Positions 18,425-32,199 of a stretch of 64,000 nucleotides of DNA are shown here, one piece after another (the stretch's first letter is position 1; the number at the start of each line of letters is the position of its first letter). This DNA comes from Myxococcota bacterium (GTDB taxonomy: Bacteria; Myxococcota_A; UBA9160; JAFDDA01). Below the pieces are notes generated by a model. The model searched no databases. It worked only from the letters and a program-made list of their open reading frames with translations, and was not told the origin of the DNA. Position numbers and translations under genes: made by a program. The stretch covers positions 2,368,001 through 2,432,000 of the forward strand of contig OZ245817.1 in assembly GCA_965228475.1 (NCBI GenBank), written 5' to 3'.

Positions 18425-20362
18425 CTAGCGGCGCGAGAAGAGCCGCTCGATCGCGTCCCGGGCCAGGGGGACGGCGACCGGCCGTCCGTGGGGGCAGGTC
18501 GGCGCCCAGGGGATCGTGTCGAGCTCGGCGAGCAGGGCGCGCTGCTCTTCCGGGGCGAGCTGGTCTCCGGCCCGCCGGGCCGAGTGACAGGCCATGGTCG
18601 CCAGGCGCAGGTCCGCCTGGGAGAGCGTGCGGCTGCCGGGCTGGAAGCTCGCGCCGGCGTCGCGCGCGCCCGAGACCTCGTCGGCGAGATCGCGCACGAG
18701 GCGTTCGGGGGATCGGCCCGAGAGCAGCGCCGGGATCGCCCGCACCACGACCGACGCCTCGCCGAAGGGTTCGACCTCGAAGCCCATGCGGCCGATCGCT
18801 TCCGCCGCCCCCTCGATGGCGGCCACGGCTTCGGGCGCGAGCTCCACCGTCTCGGGCATCAGCAGGGTCTGGCGCGCGACCTTCCCTTCGAGCCACTCGG
18901 CCCGCAGCCGTTCGTAGAGCACGCGCTCGTGGGCCGCGTGCACGTCGACGAGCAGGACCCCGTTCGGGCCTTCGCAGACGAGGTAGGTCGAGAGGACCTG
19001 ACCGAGGCAGCGGAGTTCGCCGAAGCGCAGCGGCGCCTCGGGGTTCGCGGACGGGAACGCGCCCTGCCCTTCGGGCGGCGCTTCGCCCGCGGCGGCGCTC
19101 GCCTCGGGAGTCCGGTTCCCGGCGAACACCCAGTCCGTCGTGCCGGAGCCCGCGGCCGGGCTCGGCGGGGCCGAAGGCGAGAACGCGCGCTCGAAGGCGC
19201 GGTCGGCGACGGCCTGGGCCGGCGTCGCTTCCGGGACGCTCCCGGGTTCGGTGCCGCTGCCCGTTTCGGCGGCGAACCAGCGCCGGGCGGCCACGGCCGC
19301 CGTGAGTCCGTCGCGCAGGAGCTTGTGGATCGCGCGCGGGTCGTCGAAGCGCACCTCCCACTTCGCCGGGTGCACGTTCACGTCGACGGCCTCGGGCGGG
19401 AGCTCGAGAAACAGCACGTGGGCCGGGAAGCGTCCGCGCGGTAGGACGTCGCGGTAGACGTTCATCACCGCGTGTCGGAGCAGGCGGTCGCGCACCGGGC
19501 GGCCGTTCACGTAGAGGTGCAGGCCGGCGGCCGTGCCGCGGTGGTATTCGGGCCGGGAGGCGAAGCCGTGCAGGCGCGCCCTTCCCTCGCCGAGCGCCGT
19601 TTCGTGTTCGACGGCCACCATCGCCCCGGCGTCGTCGTCCGAGAGCACGGCGGCGATCCGGTCGAGGGGTTCGGCGACGCTCGGCCAGACCAGGGGTGGC
19701 CGTTCGTCGCGCCGGATCTCGAAGTGGACCTCGGGCCGGGCCAGGGCCGCGCGGCCGAGCCAATCCGCGGCGTGCCCCCACTCGGTGGTCGCGGTCTTCA
19801 GGAACTTCCGCCGCGCGGGCACGTTCGCGAAGAGGTCGGCGACCTCGATGCGCGTGCCCTCCGGGCCGGCCGCGGTGCGCGCGTCGACGAGCTCGCCGCC
19901 GTCGATGCGCAGCTCGAAGCCCTCGGGCGCGCCGCGCCGCCGCGTCCGCAGCCGGAAGCGCGAGACCGAGGCGATCGCCGGCAGCGCCTCGCCGCGGAAG
20001 CCGAAGGTGGCGATCCGGCGGAGGTCGTCCGCGCTGCGGACCTTGCTCGTCGCATGGCGCTCGACCGCCAGGCGGGCCTCCTCGGGCGACATCCCCGAGC
20101 CGTCGTCGGAGACCGCCACCAGGGCCCGGCCGCCGTCGCGCAGATCGACCCGCAGGCGCTTCGAGCCGGCGTCCAGGGCGTTTTCGACGAGCTCCTTGAC
20201 CACGGAGGCCGGCCGCTCGACGACCTCGCCTGCGGCGATCTGGTCGACGAGGGCGCTCGGGAGGCGTTGAATGCGCGGGCTTTCCCCCGTGGGGCGTTGC
20301 CCGTCTTCGCGCGCATCGGCGCCTGCTGCGTCGCGCGCTTCGTCCGAGTCGGCTCGCGCCAC
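18425..20362 (-). CDS. mutL: DNA mismatch repair protein MutL
   Basis: IAAGEVVERPASVVKELVEN, HATSK, GFRGEAL, DVNVHPAK, DVHAAHER endonuclease motif, ACH, CPHGRP. GTG start with RBS. Confidence 0.98.
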   Translation of the reverse strand: MARADSDEARDAAGADAREDGQRPTGESPRIQRLPSALVDQIAAGEVVERPASVVKELVENALDAGSKRLRVDLRDGGRALVAVSDDGSGMSPEEARLAVERHATSKVRSADDLRRIATFGFRGEALPAIASVSRFRLRTRRRGAPEGFELRIDGGELVDARTAAGPEGTRIEVADLFANVPARRKFLKTATTEWGHAADWLGRAALARPEVHFEIRRDERPPLVWPSVAEPLDRIAAVLSDDDAGAMVAVEHETALGEGRARLHGFASRPEYHRGTAAGLHLYVNGRPVRDRLLRHAVMNVYRDVLPRGRFPAHVLFLELPPEAVDVNVHPAKWEVRFDDPRAIHKLLRDGLTAAVAARRWFAAETGSGTEPGSVPEATPAQAVADRAFERAFSPSAPPSPAAGSGTTDWVFAGNRTPEASAAAGEAPPEGQGAFPSANPEAPLRFGELRCLGQVLSTYLVCEGPNGVLLVDVHAAHERVLYERLRAEWLEGKVARQTLLMPETVELAPEAVAAIEGAAEAIGRMGFEVEPFGEASVVVRAIPALLSGRSPERLVRDLADEVSGARDAGASFQPGSRTLSQADLRLATMACHSARRAGDQLAPEEQRALLAELDTIPWAPTCPHGRPVAVPLARDAIERLFSRR

Positions 20363-20450
20363 GATTCTCCTTTTCCCTTGAGGACTTGGACGTATCATGT
20401 GCCGGTAGGCGTCGTCAAGGCGCCTCAGGGTGAATTTCCCCCGCAAACGC

Positions 20451-20481
20451 ATTGACAAGATCGCGGACCGGTCAATAGATT
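20451..20481. promoter_or_regulatory. promoter/operator: TTGACA-N18-TAGATT overlapping inverted repeat ATTGAC-N14-GTCAAT
   Basis: Seen directly in the divergent mutL / regulator intergenic region. Confidence 0.55.
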
Positions 20482-20522
20482 CCAGCCCAAGGCCTCGGAT
20501 CGGGGATGGGGGGGATTTCGAC

Positions 20523-21491
20523 ATGGATGCCGGCCAAGACAACCGTGCCATGAAGCCGAGTGGCGAAGCCACGGAGGGGCCCGAAGCCCTCGGTCGCCCG
20601 CTCGGGCGAAGGCGCAGCGACCGCATCGTCGGCGCGAGCCGCGCGACCCAGCAGGTCGTCGAGCGCGCCACCGCCGCCGCCCGCTCGGACCTGCCCGTGG
20701 TGGTCCACGGGCCCTCGGGTTCCGGCAAGACCTTCATCGCCCGGGCCGTCCATGCCTGGAGCGATCGCGCTTCGGGCCCGTACCGTGCGCTGAACTGCGG
20801 GAGTCTCACGCCCTCGGCCCAGGCACGGGAGCTCTTCGGCGCCGCCGGGGAAGCGGGTGTGCTCGGCGAGCTCGCCGGCGGCACGCTCGTGCTGGCCGAC
20901 CCCGACGAACTGCCCTCGGCCGTTCGCAAGGACCTCATCGAAGCCATCCGCGCGCGCAGCTTCCGGCCCACCGGTGCGGACGCGCCCGTCGCCCTCGAAG
21001 CCCGGGTGATCCTCGTGACACGAAACGGGGAAGATCGTCTCCTCGGCGACCTCCCCCATCACGAGATCGAGCTCGTCGGCCTCGACGGACGGCGCGAGGA
21101 CATCCTGCCGCTCGCGGCGCAGTTCCTCGCCGTGCACGCCGAAGAAGCCGGCCATCGCCCCGTCGGGTTCACCTCGGACGCGCGCGAGTACCTGCTGACC
21201 GAGACCTGGCCCGAGAACGTGCGGGAGCTCGAGGAGCGCGTGCGCCAGGCCGTGCGCATCGCCGGCAACGGAGCGATCTCCGCCGAGGCGCTGATGCTCG
21301 CGGCGGAGTCGGCCGAGGTGCCCTCGTTCAAGGAAGCCAAGCGCGCCTTCGAGACGCGCTACGTCGAGGGGCTCCTGCGGCGCTGCGGCGGCAACATCAG
21401 CCGCGCCGCGCGTCTGGCGAAGAAGGACCGCAAGGACTTCTACGACGTGATCCGCCGCACGGGCGTCGACCCGCAGGAGTTCCGCGGCTAG
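20523..21491 (+). CDS. sigma54-activator-like AAA+/Fis-HTH regulator, degenerate
   Basis: Walker A GPSGSGKT, LNCG, ELFG, WPENVRELE, C-terminal GNISRAAR HTH; lacks GAFTGA and has no sensor domain. Confidence 0.85.
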   Translation: MDAGQDNRAMKPSGEATEGPEALGRPLGRRRSDRIVGASRATQQVVERATAAARSDLPVVVHGPSGSGKTFIARAVHAWSDRASGPYRALNCGSLTPSAQARELFGAAGEAGVLGELAGGTLVLADPDELPSAVRKDLIEAIRARSFRPTGADAPVALEARVILVTRNGEDRLLGDLPHHEIELVGLDGRREDILPLAAQFLAVHAEEAGHRPVGFTSDAREYLLTETWPENVRELEERVRQAVRIAGNGAISAEALMLAAESAEVPSFKEAKRAFETRYVEGLLRRCGGNISRAARLAKKDRKDFYDVIRRTGVDPQEFRG

Positions 21492-21539
21492 CCGGATCGG
21501 CAGCCTCGCCCGGACCCCGGCTCGGCTACGATCGCCCGC

Positions 21540-22343
21540 ATGCGTGTTGCCGTAGTCCAGATGTGCTCGACGGATGACCTGGCCGCGAACCTGAAGGCGG
21601 CCGAGGGCTTCGTGCGCGAGGCGGCCGAGGCCGGCGCGAAGCTCGTGGCCCTGCCCGAGAACTTCCCGTTCCTCCGGCGCGAGGGGCAACCGGTCCCCTG
21701 TCGCCAGCCGATCGACGGCCCGATCGTCTCCGCCGTCCGCGCCTGGGCCGAGGAGCTGGGCATCTGGATCCTCGCCGGAACCTTCCCCGAGACCCGCGCC
21801 GAAGACGAGCGCTTCCACAACACGAGCGTGCTGATCGATGCGCAAGGCCAGCTCGCCGCGGCCTACCGCAAGATCCACCTCTTCGACGTGGACCTCTCGG
21901 CGAGCGGCGGCGAGGCGTACCGGGAATCGACGAACGTAGCGCCGGGCGAAGACGTCGTGGTCGCGGAGACGCCCTTCGGAGGCCTCGGCCTCTCCGTCTG
22001 CTACGACCTGCGCTTCCCGGAGCTCTACCGGCAGATGGCGGACGCGGGCGCCCGCTTCCTGGCCGTGCCGAGCGCCTTCACGCCCCACACGGGGAAGGAC
22101 CACTGGGAAGTCCTGCTGCGGGCCCGCGCCATCGAGAACCAGGCCTTCGTGCTCGCTCCGGCCCAATGCGGGCGTCACAGCGCCGAACGGGCGAGCTACG
22201 GGCGCTCGCTGATCATCGACCCCTGGGGCCTCGTCCTGGCCCAGGCCGGGGATCGCCCGGGCGTGATCTTCGCCGATTGCCGGGCCGAGGATCTCGAGCG
22301 CGTCCGGGCCGGGCTGCCCGCCCTCGAGCACCGCCGCCTCTAG
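21540..22343 (+). CDS. carbon-nitrogen hydrolase (Nit1/deaminated glutathione amidase-like)
   Basis: LPE, YRKIHLFDV, CYDLRFPE, HWEVLLRARAIENQ, DPWG. Confidence 0.93.
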   Translation: MRVAVVQMCSTDDLAANLKAAEGFVREAAEAGAKLVALPENFPFLRREGQPVPCRQPIDGPIVSAVRAWAEELGIWILAGTFPETRAEDERFHNTSVLIDAQGQLAAAYRKIHLFDVDLSASGGEAYRESTNVAPGEDVVVAETPFGGLGLSVCYDLRFPELYRQMADAGARFLAVPSAFTPHTGKDHWEVLLRARAIENQAFVLAPAQCGRHSAERASYGRSLIIDPWGLVLAQAGDRPGVIFADCRAEDLERVRAGLPALEHRRL

Positions 22344-22447
22344 CCGCCCCGCTTCGGCCCCGGAGCCGTCTCAAGGCCCGCCCGGGCCCTTCCGATGCAG
22401 CGAGAGAGCCCCGGTACCGCCGGGGGTCGAGCCCCTGCGGAGGTGCC

Positions 22448-22855
22448 ATGGCGAACGATCCGTCCGAAACGAGCGACGTCCCCTGCCTGATCGTCGAGAC
22501 CGGCCAGTTCACCGGGACCCGCTTCGACATCGACGCCGAGGAGATGGTGATCGGGCGGAACCCGGCCAACGACATCGCCCTGCTCGATGACGGACTCTCG
22601 CGGGAGCACGCCGTGATCTCGTGCGATCCGGCGAGCGGGATCGCCACGATTGAAGACCTCCAGTCGAGCAACGGGACCAAGGTGAACGGCAAGCGCGTCC
22701 GCTCGGCCGAGCTCTGCCACGGCGACGAGGTCCAGCTCGGCCGCACGATCTTCCGCTTCTTCGAGCCCGGCCTGCCCCTGCACGCGCCGCGCACGGCCGG
22801 CGACGAGGACGAGACCCAGGCCCTCTCGGGCCCGAGCGTGCCGCCCCGGAAGTAG
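22448..22855 (+). CDS. FHA domain protein
   Basis: IGR, SREHA, DLQSSNGTKVNG, GDEVQLG; GGAGG RBS. Confidence 0.92.
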   Translation: MANDPSETSDVPCLIVETGQFTGTRFDIDAEEMVIGRNPANDIALLDDGLSREHAVISCDPASGIATIEDLQSSNGTKVNGKRVRSAELCHGDEVQLGRTIFRFFEPGLPLHAPRTAGDEDETQALSGPSVPPRK

Positions 22856-22862
22856 CCGCGCC

Positions 22863-23525
22863 CTAGGGCGTGGCGTAGGCGCCTTCGCGCCGGCGCTGCT
22901 CGTAGTGGCGCTTGATGTGGTCGACGACTTCGTCGATGTCGTCGGTCACGTGGAAGAGTTCGAAGTCGGCCTCGCTGACGGTGCCGCGCGAGAGCATCTG
23001 CTCGCGCATCCACTCGAACAGCCCGCCCCAGAAGTCCGAACCGAAGAAGATCACCGGCACGTCGGACATCTTCCCCGTCTGCTTCAGGGTCAGGGCCTCG
23101 AAGATCTCGTCGAAGGTGCCGAAGCCGCCGGGCAGGCCGACGAAGGCCGCCGCGTACTTCACGAACATCACCTTGCGCACGAAGAAGTACTTGTGGTTCA
23201 GCTGGATGTCGGCGTAGGCGTTGCCGAGCTGCTCCTGGGGGAGCCGGATGTTCAATCCGATCGACTGGCTCTTGCCCTCGGAAGCGCCGCGATTGGCCGC
23301 CTCCATGAGGCCCGGGCCGCCGCCGGTGATGACGTTGAAGCCGGCGTCGGAGACGCGGCGGCCGAGCGTCACGGCGTCGCGGTAGGTCTGGGTGTCCGGC
23401 CGGAGGCGCGCACTGCCGAAGATGGAGACGGCGGGCCAGAGCGGCTGGAGGGTTTCGAAGCCTTCGACGAATTCCGCCATGATGCGGAAGACGCTCCAGG
23501 TGTCCTTGATTCGGGAATCGGTCAC
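22863..23525 (-). CDS. LOG family (TIGR00730) nucleotide phosphoribohydrolase
   Basis: IFGSAR, TGGGPGLMEAANRG, FFVRKVMF, PGGFGTFDE. Confidence 0.93.
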   Translation of the reverse strand: MTDSRIKDTWSVFRIMAEFVEGFETLQPLWPAVSIFGSARLRPDTQTYRDAVTLGRRVSDAGFNVITGGGPGLMEAANRGASEGKSQSIGLNIRLPQEQLGNAYADIQLNHKYFFVRKVMFVKYAAAFVGLPGGFGTFDEIFEALTLKQTGKMSDVPVIFFGSDFWGGLFEWMREQMLSRGTVSEADFELFHVTDDIDEVVDHIKRHYEQRRREGAYATP

Positions 23526-23656
23526 GGTTCTCCTCGGCTCCCCGCTGCGGGGGCCTCGATGGTTCATCGGACGCGCAAGTCCTCGACTTGAAGCGCCCCG
23601 CCCCTCGGGAAACGCGCCCGTCCGCCCCTTCGGAACCCGCCCTTGGGCCAGGCGGT

Positions 23657-23947
23657 TCAGGGTTTCTTGAACAGGGCGTCGAGCTGCGCCTTGGCGTCGC
23701 TCGCGGCGGGCGCCGCGGCGGCGCCCCCTTCGACCCGGGGCGAGAAGTAGTCGCAGCGGTTGCCGCGATCGCGGTCGGCCACGCGCTCGGCGTTGGTCTC
23801 GCGACACTCGTTGTAGGCCGAAGGGTCGTGGTGCCGGCAGTTCAGGCAGACGTGGAGGTCGCTCGCACAGCGCTCGCACGCTTCGCGGAACCCGAGCCGC
23901 TCCGAGGGCGCAAGCGGCCGCTCCGTCTGGCAGGAATGACACCGCAT
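23657..23947 (-). CDS. small Cys-rich (8 Cys) putative metal-binding protein
   Basis: CxxC three times plus two single Cys (NEC, NRCDYF); ends LDALFKK. Confidence 0.8.
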   Translation of the reverse strand: MRCHSCQTERPLAPSERLGFREACERCASDLHVCLNCRHHDPSAYNECRETNAERVADRDRGNRCDYFSPRVEGGAAAAPAASDAKAQLDALFKKP

Positions 23948-24044
23948 GCGAAAAGGCTGCGCCGCGGGCGTGGCGCTGTCAATCCCACCGGCCCTGCGGC
24001 CGCTCCCCGCTTGGGAGGAAGGCGCTGTGGTAGCTTCGCGCGCG

Positions 24045-24662
24045 ATGGCACCTCTCCGGTCGGCGTGTTGGGGATTCCTCGCGCTCGCCCTCGCCTTTCC
24101 GGCGACGGCGCAGGGGCCGGACCTCAACTACCTGGCCCTCGACTGGGTGCGCGGCCGCTTCGCCTCCCCGGTCGTCTGCGAAGGCGGCGGCGAGGCCGCT
24201 CGGGTCCAGCGGCGTCTGACGGTGGCGCCCGGCCCGAAGCGCGCCCGGCCCATCACGAACCGGATCACCTTCCACGGCATCGACGTCAAGAAGGCCGAGC
24301 GCTGCATGGACGTTCTCGGCAAGGACCAGCCGGAGGTACGCGGGGGGATCCAGATCACCCTCCCCGGCCACTCGCGCCCGGACCTCGCCCCCTCCGAGTT
24401 CCGCCGGGTCCTGCGCAACGAGGGAGGCTTCGACTTCGACATCACCGAGGGCCGCCTCCAGCTCACGGACTGGAGCGTGCCTCGCGAGCGTCGGGTCATC
24501 GACCTCCGGGGCGGGAAGGCGCGGTTCCGGGCCGTGCGCCGCGGGAGCGACGCCGCGCGGATCCTCTCGGGCTACGAGAGCCCACAGAAGCTGACGCTGG
24601 AGCTCGAGGCGCCCGAGGGTGAGACGCTGCAGTTCCAGCTCGCGCTCTACGACTTCCGGTGA
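24045..24662 (+). CDS. exported hypothetical protein
   Basis: Signal peptide (AFPATA); good codon bias; stop overlaps the next start. Confidence 0.75.
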   Translation: MAPLRSACWGFLALALAFPATAQGPDLNYLALDWVRGRFASPVVCEGGGEAARVQRRLTVAPGPKRARPITNRITFHGIDVKKAERCMDVLGKDQPEVRGGIQITLPGHSRPDLAPSEFRRVLRNEGGFDFDITEGRLQLTDWSVPRERRVIDLRGGKARFRAVRRGSDAARILSGYESPQKLTLELEAPEGETLQFQLALYDFR

Positions 24663-25906
24663 ACGGCCCCTTCGAACGGGACGGGCTCCGCTGGTGGCTG
24701 GCCGACGGTGTCGAGCCCGAAGGCTTCTTCGCGCTCGCCGCCTCCGCCGCGAAGGCCCTCGAAGCCGGTGCCGAGCCGTTCAAGGCCGGGCGGCGCAAGC
24801 ACGCCTGGCGCCTGGCGCTGCGTGGGCCGGCCGAGGACCACCTCTGGAAGGTGAATCACTACCCCGCCGGGAAGCGCGCGCCCCGGGTCTCGAAGGCGCG
24901 GCGAGAGCTCGCCCGCGCCGAGGCCGTGGCGGCCCGCGGCGTCGCCACGCCGGTCCCGCTCGCGGCCGGCGAGGAGATCCGCGACGGGAAGCTCGTCTCC
25001 TGCCGCCTGGCCGTCGCGCTGCTGCCGGGCGTGCAAGACCTGCGCGCCCGTCTCGATGCGGCACCCGAAGCGCCCGCAACGCGGCGGGAGATGGCGACCG
25101 CCTTCGGCGCTTTCGCTTGCGCACTCCACGAGGCGGGCATCCACCAGGACGACTTCCAGCCGAACAACTTCCTGGTGCGGCACGGAGCGGGTGGGACGCC
25201 CGAGTTCCTCGCCATCGACTTCGAGCGAACGCGCATCGTCCGGTTCCGGCGAAGCGTTCCGAGGCGGCTGCGGCTGCGCGCCCTCGCGAAGCTCGACCGC
25301 GAGACCCACGCGCTGCCGGCCTCCCTGCGTCACCGCTTTCTCCTCGGCTACGCGGGGGGCGATGTCGGCGAAGCCCGCCAGCTCGCAAGCGAGATCGCCG
25401 AGGCTGCGGCCGTCCTCGCCCGGCGCGACCGGGCCCGTCTCGAGCGCATCGCCGTCCCGGGCCGCCGCTACATCGCCTGGGGCAAGGGGCTGGCGCGGAA
25501 AGGCCAGGAGACCGCGCTCGAGCCCGGTGGCGCCGCGGAAGAGGTGTTCCTCGCGGGTACCGAAGAGGCTTCCGCCCTCGCGACCTTTGCTTCCGCCCTC
25601 ACCCTCGCCGCGCGCGGCCTGGCCCCGCGGCCCGTCGGCGTCTCGTGGGAAGGGCCCCGCGCGCGCCTCTACTTCGCGCCCGCTCCGGGGGGCGCCGCGC
25701 CCCCGGACGATGCCGCGCTCCGCGTCCTCGAGCACAAGCTCGCGCGCTACGGGCGTCTCGCGCACCCGCCTTCGGCGGACGACGTTTCCTTCGAGCAGAG
25801 TTCGGGCCGGACCGTCGCGCGGCTGCGCAACGTCGAACGCTGGGAGGTCAGGCCGCGCTTCGGTGGCCGAGGCGGATCCGCTGGACGACCTCGATCAGGT
25901 CGCTGA
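24659..25906 (+). CDS. lipopolysaccharide kinase (Kdo/WaaP/InaA family)
   Basis: ARRE, TPVPLA, LHEAGIHQDDFQPNNFL catalytic loop, IDFE. Confidence 0.8.
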   Translation: MNGPFERDGLRWWLADGVEPEGFFALAASAAKALEAGAEPFKAGRRKHAWRLALRGPAEDHLWKVNHYPAGKRAPRVSKARRELARAEAVAARGVATPVPLAAGEEIRDGKLVSCRLAVALLPGVQDLRARLDAAPEAPATRREMATAFGAFACALHEAGIHQDDFQPNNFLVRHGAGGTPEFLAIDFERTRIVRFRRSVPRRLRLRALAKLDRETHALPASLRHRFLLGYAGGDVGEARQLASEIAEAAAVLARRDRARLERIAVPGRRYIAWGKGLARKGQETALEPGGAAEEVFLAGTEEASALATFASALTLAARGLAPRPVGVSWEGPRARLYFAPAPGGAAPPDDAALRVLEHKLARYGRLAHPPSADDVSFEQSSGRTVARLRNVERWEVRPRFGGRGGSAGRPRSGR

Positions 25907-26177
25907 TCGCCTTGCGCGAGGCCTCGGCCTCGCCCTCTTTCGCGGCGGATGCGACCTCGCCCGCGCCTTCGGCCAGCACGGGATAACCGAGCTGGGCGGC
26001 CTCCTCGGCGTGGGCGTCGGCGAGGCTTCGTACGCCCGCCAGATTTCCCGCGGCATGGGCGTCCTGGAGATCGTCGATCCATTCGCCGAGGCCGACGACG
26101 AAGCGATCGATCGCCGGGGCCACCTCCGCGTCGTCTTCGCGGGTGGATCGGATCGGGGACAGCCGGTCGTTCGACAT
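25848..26177 (-). CDS. Hpt-like four-helix protein lacking the canonical His
   Basis: PIRS...FV..L, AGNL..VRSLA-D-AHAEEAAQLGY pattern aligns with Hpt LAHxLKGxAxxLG. Confidence 0.65.
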   Translation of the reverse strand: MSNDRLSPIRSTREDDAEVAPAIDRFVVGLGEWIDDLQDAHAAGNLAGVRSLADAHAEEAAQLGYPVLAEGAGEVASAAKEGEAEASRKAISDLIEVVQRIRLGHRSAA

Positions 26178-26212
26178 GTCCGGCGTATCGGCCGGAGCCG
26201 CCCGGGAGCTGA

Positions 26213-30423
<4,211 letters not shown>

Positions 30424-30502
30424 GGGCCGCGCAGCGTACCCCAAGTTCGCAGCGCTGGGTCGCCTCCCGCCGCCTCCCGAGCCGTCCGTGTACACTGCCG
30501 TG

Positions 30503-31510
30503 ATGCCGAAGAACACCCAGATCGTTCTCGTCGAACGCCCGAGCGGCGCTCTCGAAGAGTCCCACTTCTCCGTCCGCGAGGCGGAGGTGCCCCAGGCGGC
30601 CGATGGGCAGGTCGTCGTCCGCAACGTCCTGCTCTCCCAGGACGCGGCCAACCGCGCCTGGATGCAGGGCGCGACCTACCGCGAGGCCGTGAACGAGGGC
30701 GACGTCATGCACGGCTATGCCATCGGCCAGGTCGTCGAGTCGAAGGCCGCCGGCTGGGCCGAAGGCGACCTCGTCATGGGCGAGATCGGCTGGCAGGAGT
30801 ACGCCGCCCTCGACGGCCGCGCCGTCACCGCGTGTACGGACCACCGGCCGCTCTCCCAACAGATCTCCGTGCTCGGCATCGCCGGGCTCACCGCCTACCA
30901 CGGGCTCCTCAACGTCCCGGGCATCGCCGAAGGCGAGACCCTGCTCGTGTCCGCCGCAGCGGGGTCGGTCGGCTCGCTCGTCGGGCAGATCGGACGTTTG
31001 AAGGGCGCCCGGGTGGTCGGTATCGCCGGCGGCCCGGAGAAGTGCGGCTGGGTCGTCGACGAGCTCGGCTTCGACGCCTGCATCGACTACAAGGGCGAGG
31101 ACGTCTCCGCGGGCATCGCGAAGCACGCCCCGGACGGCATCGACGTCTACTTCGACAACGTGGGCGGGCCGATTCTCCAGGCGGCGCTGTTCGCCATGAA
31201 GGATCACGGCCGCATCTCCTGCTGCGGCGCCGTCTCGATGTACGACGGCGGTCCGCTCACCGGCCCCGTCGGCGTCCCGGGCCTGCTGGTGGTGAAGCGC
31301 ATCCGGATGGAGGGCTTCATCGTGATGGACTTCATGGACCGGAACGCCGAGGCGCTCCACGCGCTCTCGGGCTGGGCCGCGAGCGGGGATCTCGTGGTCG
31401 CCGAGGACATCATCGAAGGCCTCGAGAATGCGCCGCGCGGGCTGATCGGGCTCCTGGCGGGGGAGAACCGCGGGAAGCGCATGATCCGGGTCTCGCCGGA
31501 CCCGAGCTGA
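30503..31510 (+). CDS. NADP-dependent oxidoreductase (prostaglandin reductase/CurA-like)
   Basis: GLTAYHGL, VSAAAGSVG, GIAGGPEK, YFDNVGG, GENRGK. Confidence 0.92.
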   Translation: MPKNTQIVLVERPSGALEESHFSVREAEVPQAADGQVVVRNVLLSQDAANRAWMQGATYREAVNEGDVMHGYAIGQVVESKAAGWAEGDLVMGEIGWQEYAALDGRAVTACTDHRPLSQQISVLGIAGLTAYHGLLNVPGIAEGETLLVSAAAGSVGSLVGQIGRLKGARVVGIAGGPEKCGWVVDELGFDACIDYKGEDVSAGIAKHAPDGIDVYFDNVGGPILQAALFAMKDHGRISCCGAVSMYDGGPLTGPVGVPGLLVVKRIRMEGFIVMDFMDRNAEALHALSGWAASGDLVVAEDIIEGLENAPRGLIGLLAGENRGKRMIRVSPDPS

Positions 31511-31521
31511 GCCGCCCCGAG

Positions 31522-32199
31522 CTAGAACCCGAAGCTCTCGAGCCCCCGGCAGTACTTCGAGATCTTGTTCACGAAGAACGGGAAGACGCCCGTGATGCGG
31601 TCGGCTTTGTCGTCCGCGTCGGGGTCGTACTTCAGCTCGACGACGACGCTCTCGCGGTCGATCGCGCGGGCCAGCAGCCGGTTGCGGAAGCGGCGCAGGC
31701 GATGGAACTCGAGGTCGCGGTCGAGGGTCAGGCGGAAGCGCCCGCAGCGGGAGGCCCAGTACTCGCGGCGGTAGCGGTTGAGCAGGGTCGGCTGGAGGCT
31801 CGTGAGCTCCGCCCGGCGCGCGGGCGGGAGATCGCAGGCGAGCAGCACGTCGGTCAGGCGCTCGGCGTCGAAGGGGCGATCGAGCCGGAACGCGGGCGCG
31901 CCGAAAGCCTCCTTGCGACCAAGCAGGTTGCGCTTGATCTTGAACTCGAGCCGCCCGCCCTCGATCTCGCCCTCCGGCTCGCCGTACCAGCGCAGCCGGA
32001 CCTTCTCGCGGTCCTCGAGGCCTTCGACGTTGGCGTGGTAGTGCGAGAGCAGCGGTGTGTCGAAGTAGACGTTGTTCACGAAGCGCGGCGGGTGGAGCGT
32101 CCGGAAGCCCGCGGGATGCTGGGCCACCATGCGCCGGACCTGACCGAAGGAGAGATCCTGGACGTGGGCCTTGCGCTCGAAGCGCAGGTCGTCGCTCAC
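31522..32199 (-). CDS. VTC-domain (polyphosphate polymerase, TTM fold) protein
   Basis: RFERK, VYFDT, REKVRLRWY, EFKIK, YRREY, RLTLD, ELKY, ISKY; GTG start overlaps the upstream stop. Confidence 0.88.
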   Translation of the reverse strand: MSDDLRFERKAHVQDLSFGQVRRMVAQHPAGFRTLHPPRFVNNVYFDTPLLSHYHANVEGLEDREKVRLRWYGEPEGEIEGGRLEFKIKRNLLGRKEAFGAPAFRLDRPFDAERLTDVLLACDLPPARRAELTSLQPTLLNRYRREYWASRCGRFRLTLDRDLEFHRLRRFRNRLLARAIDRESVVVELKYDPDADDKADRITGVFPFFVNKISKYCRGLESFGF

